Positions 1 to 14,374 of a DNA stretch of 64,000 nt are shown piece by piece. The stretch covers positions 23,120,950-23,184,949 of the forward strand of contig NC_134029.1 in the NCBI RefSeq assembly GCF_964204645.1, in the 5' to 3' direction. This DNA is from Tubulanus polymorphus. Taxonomy: Eukaryota; Animalia; Nemertea. Both the position numbers and the translations under genes were made by a program. The notes beneath the pieces are model-generated. The model did no database searches. It saw only the letters and a program-made list of their open reading frames with translations, and was not told the origin of the DNA. Every line of letters begins with the position of its first letter. Position 1 is the first letter of the stretch.

Positions 1-191
1 GAATCATTTAGAAAAGTAGATTTTATTTGCACACGTTTTTACACATATTTGTTCCACTATACAAATACATTGCACAATAATGTATAAACTTACAAAATTA
101 TCACAGATGATTAAAAATAGAATTTTCAATAAAAAGAAACTTCTTTAATGTAAGAATTCAACCGAACATGTAGTTTATGATTGACGGAGAA

Positions 192-3100
192 TTACACATA
201 TTTTTTCCTTTCTTCATCCTTAAATTTTATTTCCTCACTTCTTAATTCCTGGAAAAATTTATGCAAGTCTTTTATTCCTTTGCAGTCGTTCGCTTGCCAC
301 ACGTACAGCTGATAATGCTCCAATGAGTCTGTATCTTGTTTAGACATATTACATGATTTCTGCGCGACGATATACCTATCACCAACTGGTATCAACTGTT
401 TTATCACACCTCTCGTCAGACTGTGTGCGTTTGAATGTAAAACACCCATTATGCACCCATAATCAGCATTATCTCCAATATTTACTACTATAATTTTGCC
501 ATTCTTTTTGCTAATCCACAACGTATCCTTCACCACAACAACAGACGTCACGATGTTACGAGCAGTTATTGACGGTGTGTGTTCCAGATTAGGATGAGTC
601 CTCACAAACGCATGAACTCGACTGACATCTCCATCCCCACTTACAGTAGAAGCATGCTTCCTCGCAAATGAGTGATCTAGACTGTTATCCCTATCCCCAC
701 TTATAGTAGAAGCACGTGTTTTGCCATATGAAGTATATTCAGCCTGTGGATTTGGTAAAGTATGACTTGTAGAATTGTACACAGTACTGACGCTTTCAAA
801 CGATTTGTTCTCATCAGTTTCCCTGACGATCATTTGCGCTACTTTTTTCAACGTTTCCTTGTCATTCTGCGAACCGTCGCCGTCCTCTTTGACTACTAAC
901 GGCGACTTATGAAGACTTCGCAGGAATACATCGGCGAGACTTTCTTCTGTCGTATCGTGTTCGATATCGTCTAAAATCGACGACTCGACGTCATCACTAG
1001 TGTCCGATTTCAGCGTTGACTCTAAAGTAGAAATCGAATCAATTGAACTATCGGCTGCGTCTGCTTCTGCGTCTGCTGCAGAGAACGTTGATGTCATCAA
1101 ACTCTCTGCGATCACCGTATTTATAATATCCGTGTCGCAGTGAAACACGCGAGTTAATTGACGAGAACTCGCCGAAAACTGAAGAATACGCGTAGCATCT
1201 TTCTGCATGCACCAAACTCTGTCATCCAACGATTTCAACGATTCGATTTGCGCTTGCGCATCCAAGTATATGCGTTTTCCTTCGATTTTACTCGTTTTTG
1301 TACTCAGAACGGTTATCATATTACCTGCACTCACCCATATTTCATATTGGTCTAAAACGTGTTCCATACATTTCACTTCTGATGATGAACAAACTGTCTC
1401 ATGAGTAAGTATGTAAACTTTCGAAATCAACTGCCATTCGAACCTGACTTTTTTCCCTTTATAAAATGACTCGTAAAATTGATCGTTGTCCCTGCTTGAT
1501 GATGAAGTGCTGGTATTCTCCTCATGGGCGTTCTTTGTTCCATAGATGACTACATAACCATTGCTAGTACCGATATAAATACGCTGGTTGAATTCCTGAT
1601 GTCCATATATGAACGACTCCCTATCAGGTTCCTGAATAAAAAAATTCAATCAGAGAAATTGAAAGTTGCAGTTTGTCTGGTACACATTAATCAGTCCTAA
1701 GACCGAAGTTACCGGCAATGAAAATACAGTGGAACCTCGTTAGTACGATTCGGCTTACAACAAACCTCAGTAGTACGACGAATTTAAGAATTTCCAGCTT
1801 TTCCTATAGAAATGTTTGCTAAGTACGATCACATTAATAGGAAATATCCGGTAATGCGATGTAAAATCTTATGGGCTCCTATTCGTTTCAATTGCCATAA
1901 ATAAACACGCATAGTACCATGGTCCAAAATAAGTTTCCCTTTTTTAAAGTTGGACTCGTATGCATTATTCTTGTGTCCTCTGAATCTTTTGATTGCACAT
2001 CAAAGTTGAAGTGAAGTATTTTCAGGTAATTATAGAATTGAGATAATTATGGAATTGATTTTATCAAATGGTTGATGAGAAATTTAGTTAGTAAGATGAT
2101 TTTTTCATTTTCCCACGGACATCATAGGAATGAGGTTCGACTGTTTATGAATATTCTCTGTACCTGTCCAGTTGAAATTTCATGATATATCGACATAGGA
2201 ACTGCATCTAATGAGAATCTCTCAATCCGTTCGAGCATTCCCACTTTTGGGTATGAGTAAACTTCAATCTCATGACTCTGAAAATGTAAAACTGTAAGTC
2301 ACTAAACAATTGATCAAACAATAATGGACATATAGTTTGTATACGATATTCATTACCTGGTTTCCGAGCCACAATGTATTTTCTATGCGAGCCGCGAATG
2401 TGAGTTTAGGTCCAGGAATCGGTTGATTCTGTTGAAGAAATCCACCACGACGTATATTCAGACAATGATACATTCTACCTCTTCCTTGACCACCAAACAT
2501 CCACAACAGTTGATTTCTATTACCCTGAAATATAACACCCATATACCGGTAACAACAGAATATTTTAGAATTTTTGAAGTTTTTGAAGTCGACCAAAGAT
2601 TTTCAACATACCGCATAGAGGCAATTGACATTTCTCAATACTGGTTCATCATCCATCGGTTTCACTCGTTTCAATGCAAGGAATTGCGGTTCCTTCATTT
2701 TCTTGATGATAGTTTCAGCAGATGGACGTTCGTCGGGCCGAGTGAGCCAGCAATCTCGCATCAACTTTTCCATAAATGGAAACTGAGTATCAACGCTAAC
2801 ATCCTATTAGAGAAGCAAAACGACAACTTAAATGCTGCACATTGAGAATTCTTATTATTCAATGTATGGTACCTTCAGTTGAGGTCTTTCACCACGTTTA
2901 ACTGCTTTGTTGACTTCAACCGGGTGATGATATTGTTGATAGGGTGCATAACCAGACATAAGTTCATACAAAAACATAGCAAATGAAAATATGTCCACCT
3001 GCGTGTAAAAATTTCAACATCAGTTTAACGCGAACATTCACCGGAAATGAAGAGGAATTGTTTGTACAGTAGACACTCATCATACCTGCTGATCATGAGC

Positions 3101-6100
3101 GACACCAGTTTCAATTTCAGGTGCAATGAATCCCGCAGTTCCGTCATTGCCTATGATCCCCTGTGGGGTGCTGAAACGTGATATGCCGTAGTCAGAAAGT
3201 TTCACATTGATCGGTTTGTTTTCATCAAGGTTGAAGACGAGTACATTCTGTGCCTTCAAGTCGCGATATATGATGTTACTGTCGTGGAGATATTTCAAAG
3301 CAAAGCCAACCTGTAATATAAGTATTGAAAAGTAAATACCATCCATCAGTTCAAAGCCATTTCGGTGTTTATCTAAATATTAATTTATTGACCTGTAAGG
3401 CAATTTTGTGTGTCAGAAGGGGACTAAGTACGCTGGAATATGTCTGAAGTCCCTGTTTTTGAGCGAACTCTGTGCCTCGTTGCTCGAACACTTTCTGCTC
3501 TAAAACACTACGTAGACTGCCCAACGGTGCGTACTCAATCATCAAACAAGAAGGTTGAATACCGGCAGCGATTAATGAAATCACAAGTGGATGATGTAAT
3601 CGAGCCATCAACGTAACCTCCTGTCTCAGGGCTCGCAATGATGATATTATCTGAAAACCGCAATAAAATATCAGGAACTAGTGAATTTTTTTCTCATGTC
3701 ATACAATGTTTAAACTTCATGTTTATCTACCTTTAGGCCTCGCTCCTCGACTGTAAAATCCAATCCCAAACTGTCCAAACGATGTGATTTCCGACTATTC
3801 CTCATCTGCTCTGCTTTATGGCTGTCCTGACTTTCTTGTGATGAGTTGGAGCTACCCGTTTGCCTAACTATTAACCCAACAAAATTCATTCTGGTTATTT
3901 GATAAAATTTTAAATTCAATATTGCAACCTTCAACTGTTGAAGGTCTTAAGTTGAATTACGTACCATTTTCGCTGCAATGCAACAACTTTACAGCAACGT
4001 GTTTCTGTTTATATAGAGCCTTATAGACATTAGCAGCGCCTCCTTGTCCGAGTAGTTTATGTTTGCTCGGGTCCAAAATCAACTGTGACTGGTCCAAGTG
4101 CAACTTCGAAGGTAAATCGGCCATTGTCAAATCCGGAATTAGTTCTCTCAAAGGAATGCTTTGCTTTTGAATACATTTCATGTGAGTTTCCCCATCACTC
4201 AAAGCGATAGCGCAAGCTTCATAGGTGAAACAGGGAACTTGAGTGATTACTTGAACCATCTGTGGATCAGGCTGTTGACTAATACAGATTGGACACGGGA
4301 TGATTCGCTGGGTCAATGGTTTTCCACGTCCAAAACCCATAAGACCTGAAAAAATTATTCAAAATACATATAATTTCACAATGAAAACCGGAAAGAACAT
4401 CTATTGGGACGCAGAGCGAATGATTACCTGGAAACCACTCGAGCACCAGCGTATCGATCTGATCAGCTAAAAAGCCGAGAGGAGAAAAATCGTGTTCTTT
4501 CGAGAAAACCGAGATCAATAATCCCTGATTCTCATCCAGATTTGCGCTGAAATGATCGCTAGATGATTCAACGATGAAATGCCCGCCGCTGTAACACACC
4601 ATAATTCCCTTCTGCCAAAAGAACATTTGATCGGTATCGGTTTCGATAAAATTCTGGATGCCCGTATTTCGCCTCAATCTGTTACTAAACAATGTACTGG
4701 TACGTCTTCTCCTGAAAATCATCAACATATTTGCTAAGGAAATATATAGTAGGGTGACATTTACAAATATCAGAAGTCATATATAAAACTTACAGACTCC
4801 ACTCACGAGCCAGGAAGGTTTGTTTTCCGAGAGTACTTTGTGGTTGTGGTACCGGTATATCATCCGTTTCAATCTTCTGATGTAATTTTAAATGAACACC
4901 GACCAGCAGACGTGATATCAATCGACTCCAGAAACCACTTGGAATATAACTCATCTGGTACCAACGATACATAATTTCGCCGGGTGAATACTCTTCATTG
5001 CGGTCGTATCCAAAACGATTTTCGCTGAGTTTTGACGGAATGAAAAGCCTAAGAAAAAATGCAAATTGGAAATAAAGTCCTTTGAAGTGCCACTGTTGAG
5101 ACTAATGAAAAATATGGCGTTTTAACGAATTTGGCAGCATTATAAAGAATGGTATTTCCATTGAATTTGAGCAAATTTGTCTTCTGAAAAAAATATTAAG
5201 TAAACAGTGGCATTAAAACATCGTTTTAACAGATTTTGACTATATTTGTATAACAAGCATTTTCAACGAGTTTATCTCGCTGTCTAAGTAATAATTCATG
5301 CTTTTGAATATACCAGTACCTGTTGCCGTCGATTTGAAGAGCGATGTCAAATCGTTCGAGAATGTGAATGTACTTTTTACCTAAACCGGCAAAAAGCATG
5401 TTTTCCCCAGATTGCATTAAACAAGCCTCAAAGTCACTTATTCTAATCATTCCATTGTTCATGTGTCTCACGATTGACTATTGAATAAAAAATTTTTTAA
5501 AATGCATATAATTTTTTCTGATTTGAGTGATGGGTAAAAACTATGACAGCTGGCTGGTCAATACTATACCTTAACGTTGATTACATTAGCGAGGACTTTA
5601 CACAGCCAAGACGGATCAATGAAATATAAGACATTGAGGGCTCGCTGTTGGTCGTTGAAATGTAGTATCAACCCGATTTCATGCAGAAATCTCACAGCTG
5701 GAAACATAAAGAACCTATGAGGGTAAAACCAATCCAAACTCAACTATATCGCACAATCGTTTGATAACCTATGATGAAACACTCTTTCTGTGGTGTGATG
5801 ATATAAATACTTCTATATTTTTGAAGATGACTACCAATTTAAGGATCTATTCGAAACGCCAAATAATACATGTATTAGCTCGGGGTAACATTTTGGACTC
5901 GTTTTTTTCTTCTTTTTTTCTTATCGTGAAATTGTATAAAACGATCTTTTGAATCATTCATGAGATTACCATTGGCTACTTCTTCATCCGAGACGATATC
6001 ATTAACATCTGTCGGAATCTTCTCAATCAACTGATCGAATTCAACCGCCAACAAAACCGGTGGAATCTCATTTCTGATCATTTGTTCTCTTTTGTTCAGT

Positions 6101-9100
6101 ATAATTCTTTCAAGCTGTAAATAGCTGTGAGGAACCTGTAAAATGTGAACGCCAAGAATGTAAGATCCACTATTCCAACAAAATTACTTTAAAAAAATGG
6201 TGCTGTACTTACAAGTCTTCCAAAAAGTTTTACAGACCGATTTTTCACATCTGTAATACTTTCAGTGACGTTATATATCGTTGACTTCAGCATATCGATG
6301 TTTTCTTTAGTGAGACACGACACACAAACGAATCCTCGTATCTGAGGATACCCAGGCCGGCCGTATTTCTCATAGATTGCATCGGTTAGTTTCTGAATGA
6401 TTATCTCTCTTCGTGATGGATCCAGTTTATCCAGATAAGTGCCAACAATTATGACACAAGAATCAGGAGCCCTTGCCTTCAATAGATTCAATATTTAAAT
6501 TACTGTAGGTTCTAAGAGATTTTGGGTAAACTCTTATGGGGTAAATATTAATTAGTAAGTCAATTGAGTCAACAGCAGCATTTTCTAGAGTTCAATACAA
6601 TACATGTACCGGTATGTTAATCTACTGAAGCATTTGCCATCATACGTTGACTGAAATATTTCAATAATGCTCCAACACAAAAATTTTACATAATGAAACA
6701 CAGCTATATTTTAAGCCGTGCTGAGGATTCATACCTGAATATTAAGAAGCCACGTGCGAATATTCTCGACTCCTTCCATTTGTAAAGTAAGATTCCAGAC
6801 AACTAAATACAGAGCATTGCTCGAAAGGAAACACTGATGGGTAACATAGTATTCCGACTGTCCAGCCATATCCCAACACGAGAACTGTATGCTAGGGCCA
6901 TCAGGCTGAAGAAGAATATCAAAATTTCACCCTATTGAGAAAATGTTTAGAAAGCTAATAAAGATGATATTCAAGAAAAGCTACCTTAGGTGCTGGAAGA
7001 ACGAGGTCATTAATATCAACACCGACAGTAGTTGTAGACAATTGTTGATAGAAATCGGTCCTGGATGTTTTATCTTTTGCAGACAATACTTTCAACAGAG
7101 TGGTTTTTCCGCGACGCTACACGTAATGCATACAAAAATAATACATTAAGGATCACGTTGTAAATGTGGTTGGGAACATTGTACATGTGGTTGGGAACAT
7201 TGTACATGTGGTTAGGAACATTGTACATGTGGTTAGGAACATTGTACATGTGGTTGGGAACATTGTACATGTGGTTGGGAACATTGTACATGTGCTTGGG
7301 AACATTGTACATGTGCTTGGGAACATGGTACATGTGCTTGGGAACATTGTACATGTGCTTGGGAACATTGAACATAGCTTTCTTCAAAATAAAACAAATG
7401 ATACCTCCTTTCCGACAATCACTAACTTCATCCTGTAGAATGGTCTTGAATCGCGTAGTTGAGCTTTGAGGTTTTCCATGAGTATTTTTGAAACTTTCAT
7501 GCTGTGTACATCCTCTGAAACGATAGATGCAAATGTTTTTGTGAGAGTGCGCCAAGAGTCTTAAATATCTTCACAAATTCAAGATCAATGACTGCACGCA
7601 CCAGAACCTAATGTACTCAATAAAGATGGATCAATAGCCTCTTCATCGACCAGAAGGTGACATTTTACCGGCAATTTTCCAAGTTCTTTAGGCAATGACC
7701 TGATCACATTTCTGAAATAAATAAAACACACATGGATTTATCGACCATCTCGAAAATGTTAAGAATATAAGACTCTTTTCTAATGGACACTTACTCTCGT
7801 AGATCGATCTTCTCGATGTTGATCATATCAAACAATACATCAGGAACTTCATACAGATAATTATTCTGCAGTGAAATGTATGTCAGCGTTCTGCGCAATG
7901 CCAGCGGAAGTGATAGTAATTTGTGTTCCCTGACTTTCTCTTGAGCTTTGGTTTTCCTCTTTAAAGCATTTTTCAATAGCTTCGGTAATCTGCCTTGCAT
8001 CTCATTTCTACAATATAGGATGAATAAAAGTATGTAATAGCACTACGAAGCAAAATGTTCATTTTCGTGGTACACTATGTATATGAATACCTTCGCGTGT
8101 CTTCATACTTCTCTGGGTCACCCAAACAATTTCCTCGCAAATCTAGTTTTTCTAGCTTTTTCACCTGCCACCAGTCATCCTGTGGCAGCTGATCCAGAGA
8201 ATTGTGCGCCAACTGAAGGTCTTGAAGATTAACTAAAAGATTTTGAATAATTCTTTTCATGAAATAGAACCATTTAGCTTCACTGCCAATCCTGAATCAA
8301 TTCAGATGGCAAAGATTATTTACCCAGTCTGCAAACACTTTCCGGAATTTGAGTAATCTGATTTCGGTTTAACCGAAGAATCTTCAAACTAGATGACCAA
8401 AACATGTCAATATTCTTGACGAAATATTTAAGCATGTTACCACTCAGGTTAAGAGATTCCTGTAAACCATCAAAGATACTTGAGAAATCAAAATAATATG
8501 GAGATTTTCTGATACAAGATGAACTTTTTTCAAGTTGAATATACCAATTGACAATTCCATGGCTTTGGAAACTCAGTCAAAAGATTGTGTGAAGCATCTA
8601 ATTTGATGAGACTAGTTGCCTGACAAATTTCAGGTGGGAGCTCAGACAGCCGATTTTGTGAGACATCTAAAACTTGTAAATTTCCGCAGTTCCACTGAGC
8701 AACATACGATGTTCTTTCTGTGAGTATATGAAAATGAAATAATCCACGTTATATAATCAATTTCTTATCGAAATGAGCAAATATACATGTCAATAAACTT
8801 CGATGTCTTAATGAATCATAAACATACGTGTTGATTCACATGCGTCAAATGAGGAGCTCATATCGAACATTGTGTCCATCAGTGTATTTGTCAAACTGTA
8901 TAGATTAGCAGAATTAAGAGGAGCGTTATGTAGATGACTGAGACTGTTGTAGGATAGATTCAAAACTTCTAGATTTGGTAACTGGAAAATCTCAATCGGG
9001 AGTGTCGATAGCTTGTTTCGAGCCAAGTTTAGAAATTTAAGACTGTAAAATAAGAAAGAAATTCATTATAATCAATGAGATCTTCAATAAACATGACAAA

Positions 9101-11722
9101 TTCTAGCAAGCCTCTATTGCAAGAGCAATGAAAAATTCTTTGTTATTGTAATACATTACTTTTTACAGAGAATTTCTGTCGGTGCCTCAATTATGCTTAA
9201 TCCATTCGAAGAAACATCGCACTCATCCAAAAAAGGCATTTCCCATGGCAGCCAAGAAGGCAGTTGCTGGAACTTAATCTCTGACAAATTCACTTTGACC
9301 AAATTATCTAAACTGTTCTCAAGCCAGATTCTTGGTATAGTTTGGATGTTCATACGTAGATTGCGCCAGTTTAAATATCCACTCTGAAAAGATTGAATTG
9401 CATATTCATGAAAAAAAGCTTATCAGGAAGTATAATTGAAAATGAGAAGTTTGCTTTTGTTCCATCACTACAAGACCAGGATCCAGTTTCATAAGAAAGG
9501 TTTAAGCTTATAACGGTGGGGCATTTCACATTTCAGCTTGGCGTATCTCTACAAAAAATATTACATGAAGGGGTATTTACCCTAGAATTTTCTGGTCCAC
9601 TGAACTCAATAAAACGTCGAAGTAATTGCCCGCAAGCTTCAACGTGATCATTCACCAACAACTGGTTCAATTCAGCACCCTTTTTAAGAAGCATAGTCGC
9701 GATATCTATATGTTCAGCTACAACAACAAAAATATTAGCATATTAGATCTTTATATAAAATGAAGGCATTTAAAGACAGGAAAAATATTCATGTCAGTAG
9801 TTGATGATAGATTTACCTGAAAGTGCTGCATAAAGCGCGGTGAAGTTTTTCATATTACAAATATCAGCAAAAGGAATTCTATTGACCGGCAAAATAGCGT
9901 TCAAATCGATATTATAGTTCAGCAACATTTCCACTATATCGATATGTCCAAATAAACACGCCCCGTACAATATGACGTTGATATTCGGAAATCCTGTTAT
10001 ACTCACTGCAATTGACAATAAAAAAACATTCAATTCACAATACTTATTTATATCTTAAAAGATCAAAGGTTTAACCTTTCCCAATTAAAAGACATGTCAG
10101 GCTAATAATTAGTGAGTAATGTTTCTGATTTAGTTTGGGAAAGTTTTGAAATAGGCCCTTAGACCGATTAGAAAATCATGATATTTTGATGATCGGGCCT
10201 GGCTAGCTACAACCCGGATCCCAGAAATATTAGGCCTAAAAGAAATGGAACTAACTGCCTTATTTAAGAATAGATAAGGTCATACTGGTGAACAAGTAAT
10301 TTCATCCAGATATCTACATTCGAATTGATTGATTTTCACAATCGTAACAACGATAGGCCTATTCAAATCACACTTTAGATCTTTGGTAGAGAGTTCAAAT
10401 AGTTGAAAATCCATAGAAGCAAAAGCAGTACAAATCTCATTTTCTAATGAGTATATATATATATATATATATATATCTATTATAGCAAACGTTTTCAGGA
10501 GTTACATTTTCCCCTCTTCAGGCATAGCGCAAGTAATTAAATTTTTAAAAATTTTTTATATGAAAACATTTAATCACTTGCGCTATACCTGCATAGGGGA
10601 AAATGTAACTCCTGAAATCGTTTGCTATAATAAATATATATATACTCATTAGAAAATTACACTTTGTCCGTATACCAGCCAAGATGACAAACTGATTCCT
10701 TGATTACCTGGCCTGTTGGCTTCAATGATAGTTTCTATGACGTTTTTGTGTCCATTCATTACAGCTGCATGGATCGGCGATGTTTCACTAATGACCGGAT
10801 CGTGAAGTTTGGCACCTTCCTCCAGCAGATAATGAACTATGTTCTGATGTCCGTTCTCACAAGCGAGTTTAAGCGGAGTGCCCTGTTAGTATTTTAGAGT
10901 GTGAAAATGAAAACGCATTACCATAAAGGGAGCTCGCATTCGAATAGTTAGTCTGTACCGGCAATTTTGCCATTTTTAAAACCCATCTTCCCCTCGTGCG
11001 AGCTTGGTACCATACTTTTTTATGTGTACACATACATCTTGACAACCTCCCTCATCAAAACATTGTGGCCTAATTACTGGTATACCCTGAAACAACTGAT
11101 CTATGCTGGACACTCTCACTGATGCAAGGATATTGATTTCATTGATTAGTCACAAATGAAGTACGGTACTGAAATCTATTTTTGCATCGGATCATTTTTG
11201 AAATGTTTTAGGAGATGCCTCTTTGCATTAAGTTATCTTCTAAAGAGATATCCCCTTACAAGAAAAGTACATTGCTTTTAACCTCGCCCGCCCCCCTAAC
11301 GAAGTTATAACCGGTAGCACGTTATTCCCCAATGTTATATTTTAACGATAGAATAACAAAATACCTCATCTGAAGACACTTCCATGCATAGATATGCCCC
11401 ATAATTCAGTAAAATCAGCACTATATCTTCAAAGCCTTTTTTACAAGCTTCATGAAGGAAGAATCGTTGAGATTCTCCAGGATTCAGAACAAAACTGATT
11501 AGATCTTTGTTCGCATCTAGCAAACATTTCACAGTTGTACAGTCATTGGTCTCTATTGCATCTGATATACCATCCAAAATTTCCTTGAATACATCTGGGT
11601 CAAATGATGATGGATCTGAAATTGAAATTCAAAAGCTTTAAATTTTCTTTACAGAAAAAAATGCCTGAAAACATTCTACACTCAAATTAAAACCCACCAG
11701 AACTTCCATCCATTTCAGCCAT
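192..11722 (-). CDS. LRRK1-like ROCO kinase (ankyrin-LRR-ROC-COR-kinase-C-terminal propeller-like region), multi-exon
   Basis: Exons with GT-AG boundaries encode ankyrin repeats (LHEACKKGFEDIVLILL; LYGACLFGHIDIVEMLL) and LRRs (LEVLNLSYNSL, LEKLDLRGNCL). The ROC P-loop MKLVIVGKE|RRGKTT is split by an intron, followed by WDMAGQ and IIVGTYLD. COR: WYQMSYIPSGFWSRLISRLL. Kinase motifs GQGGAA, VAVK, YRDLK, DYG and APE; YRD/DYG are LRRK-type. Predicted start MAEMDGSS at 11722, stop at 192. Confidence 0.93.
1727..2143. mobile_element. Tc1/mariner (pogo/Tigger-like) MITE in an LRRK intron
   Basis: TA-CAGTGGAACCTC ... GAGGTTCGACTG terminal inverted repeats; no ORF. Confidence 0.7.
7155..7372. repeat. 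21-bp minisatellite (~10 copies, ACATTGTACATGTGGTTGGGA) in the intron splitting the ROC P-loop
   Basis: Direct tandem units visible; explains the repetitive 7-aa ORFs. Confidence 0.95.
10439..10637. mobile_element. ~200-bp palindromic foldback/MITE-like element in an LRRK intron
   Basis: TTTTCTAATGAGTATATA..TATAGCAAACGTTTTCAGGAGTTACATTTTCCCC mirrored by GGGGAAAATGTAACTCCTGAAATCGTTTGCTATA..TATATACTCATTAGAAAA. Confidence 0.8.
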
Positions 11723-13817
11723 ATGAAACGTATACCGGTATTACTTTCGTAGATAGTGTAACATTCATAAATCAATATCGGGGGTTTGCGACATTTCACA
11801 TATATTTTCGATTTCAACGACGACGGTCACCAACCATCCGTTACTTGAAGGTTGTCTCGAGGTTGAAGCGTTGAGTTACGAAAAGTTCCAAAACTTTCTT
11901 TAAAACCTTCAATTCAACGAATCCAGTAAATTCTACCCCGCCTCGATCGATAGCTGGACATCAACAGCTAAGATCTGCGCAGAAATAATTAAAATGCCCG
12001 TGACATATACAATTTGATCAACTTCGGGGTCCCGAGATTATCAAAGTTTTAAGTTTCGACCTCCATTGATATCGCCTGGGAATTCCCTTCTATGGCCTCA
12101 CATACTTCCTGGTATTGCGCAATTACATTAAATTCAATACATTTGGGCCTAGGTGATTGTGATATGAGCGCTTAAATGTGTAGTTGTATCAATAGTGTTT
12201 TTTAGTTTGATTTTGTTTGATAAATGATACATCAATTATTTCATCCATTGGTATATAAATGTTAACCCTGATGCTAACCCTAATCGTCCCCCATCCAGTT
12301 AGATATGCACCTCATGTCTCACCATACAGATCTAAATAGGAGTGCTCCAACAATAACGTAAGTGTAATAACTCCTGCCAGGGAGAGGGGTGCGCTCCGTA
12401 TCCTAGATCGTTTATCCGGGCTTTGGGGAAAGAATTCCGTCAAAGAATCTTTTCTTATGTTTCAAAAGCTACCGTACTAATTATCATACCCAGTTGAAAA
12501 TCATCAGTACAGACATGGTACCAAACTTTCTGATCCTGGCCGTATCCTTAAAATGTGTATGAAATAAACAATAGAATACTGAATACGCAGTATGACTTGG
12601 TGGCACCGTTCTTTCTAGTGCGGCACTGGCATCGTTTCTAGCGACGCGCTAAATCCTATCAAGGTGTCATGAGTCTCATGAGTTTATCCCCGGCTCATGG
12701 TTATTTCTCCCTGTTGCATTTACGACACAACCAATATGAACGTTTAAAAATCATTATTCCTCGACAATCGTTTTTATAGTTTCACTCTATATACTGAGGA
12801 ATTGCTAAAACGTCTTCTTTAACTCGTTTGAATGAGACAAAAGAGACTCCATCTTATGAACTAAATCCATTTTAACAATATGATTCCATGCGAAATTATT
12901 TTCAAATCATCAGATCAACGTCGCACGGAGCGGAGCATGCGTGAGACAGTAGGCCCTATTTCATTTTGGTCAGATCGCCGCAGGGTGTGAGAAAATTTTG
13001 ATATTTTACTTGTTTTCAGATCAATTTCCTACAATCTGGACCGTAAACAGGGCGGATCCATAGAATACTTAGCACAGGTAGAATTCTAAAAGCATTATTC
13101 ACGAAAAAAACGATCGGGGGTCTGGGGGTCCTCCCCAAGAAATTTCATCGACAATCTCCTTGCCTTAAAGTCTGCTAAGGAAACCACCAATTAAGTATTC
13201 AAAACGTGAAGAAAGCCTGCGCAGATAAATTCGAAAAGTCTGCGTGGCCAAATGAAATTTGGTCAACCTTCCGAACAATGAACAATGACCAAAAAACAGT
13301 CTAAGACGAAAGACCGCAGTCATCAAAAATCTTCTAAATAAATAACAACCAGGGCTCATAAACATATATCATTGAAATACAAGTTAAAAAATAGAGAATT
13401 ATAGAGAATTGAACTTAGTTTAGCTTGTTTGCACGAAGTCGTTTCAACTCAAAAATTAATCATTCTACGCTTTACGCCAATATATATATATATATAGATA
13501 ACGTCCTAACTCCGCTAATACTTGCAGGACTCATTGGCCTTTATTATCGCTTGCTTGTTTCCACTCACTCACTGATCATCGCCTTTCATATTCCTTCTCT
13601 TTGTTTTCATCTGATATTACCCTTAGCTTGTCCTCACGTTTTAATCACTTTAGTTGGTGTCCTTTGTTTTTAAATGACTTTAATTTATATTGGCCCTAGT
13701 TGGCTTTTGCTTATACTTTACCATTGTTTTCCAGCCGTTATGTCATAATAAATCTATTCCCCTTTCAATCACTCATTTGGTCTTGTATAAATATCGTGTA
13801 ATATTCTCCTGTTCTCA

Positions 13818-14034
<217 letters not shown>

Positions 14035-14374
14035 TCTTCTATTCAAGTTTCTCGTTTTGGCTGAATTTATCGTGGGATTTCTCTCGTTATCATCACACAC
14101 GGATATTGTGTATCTTCTCGTCTCTGTGAATTCATGATTAAAAGTACCAAAAACAGGCATATTTGGGAAACATGTATTTTTTAGATTTATTAAAACAATT
14201 GTCTAGAACTGTTGTACGTGTATAAATGAGATCACGGATAAGGTACGCATTTACGATGTGGATGTTCCGATGTTTGGTTGACAAATCGTGGAATCTCGAA
14301 TGGGCCCGAATCATTCGAGATATCACGACAAGTGTAGCCAAACATCGGAGGTCCGACACCCGGGGCGTTCAACT

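Noticed and set aside
7070-7555. Repetitive ORFs (HMYNVPN, MFPSTCT, VVGNIVH)
   Set aside because: They derive from the intronic 21-bp minisatellite
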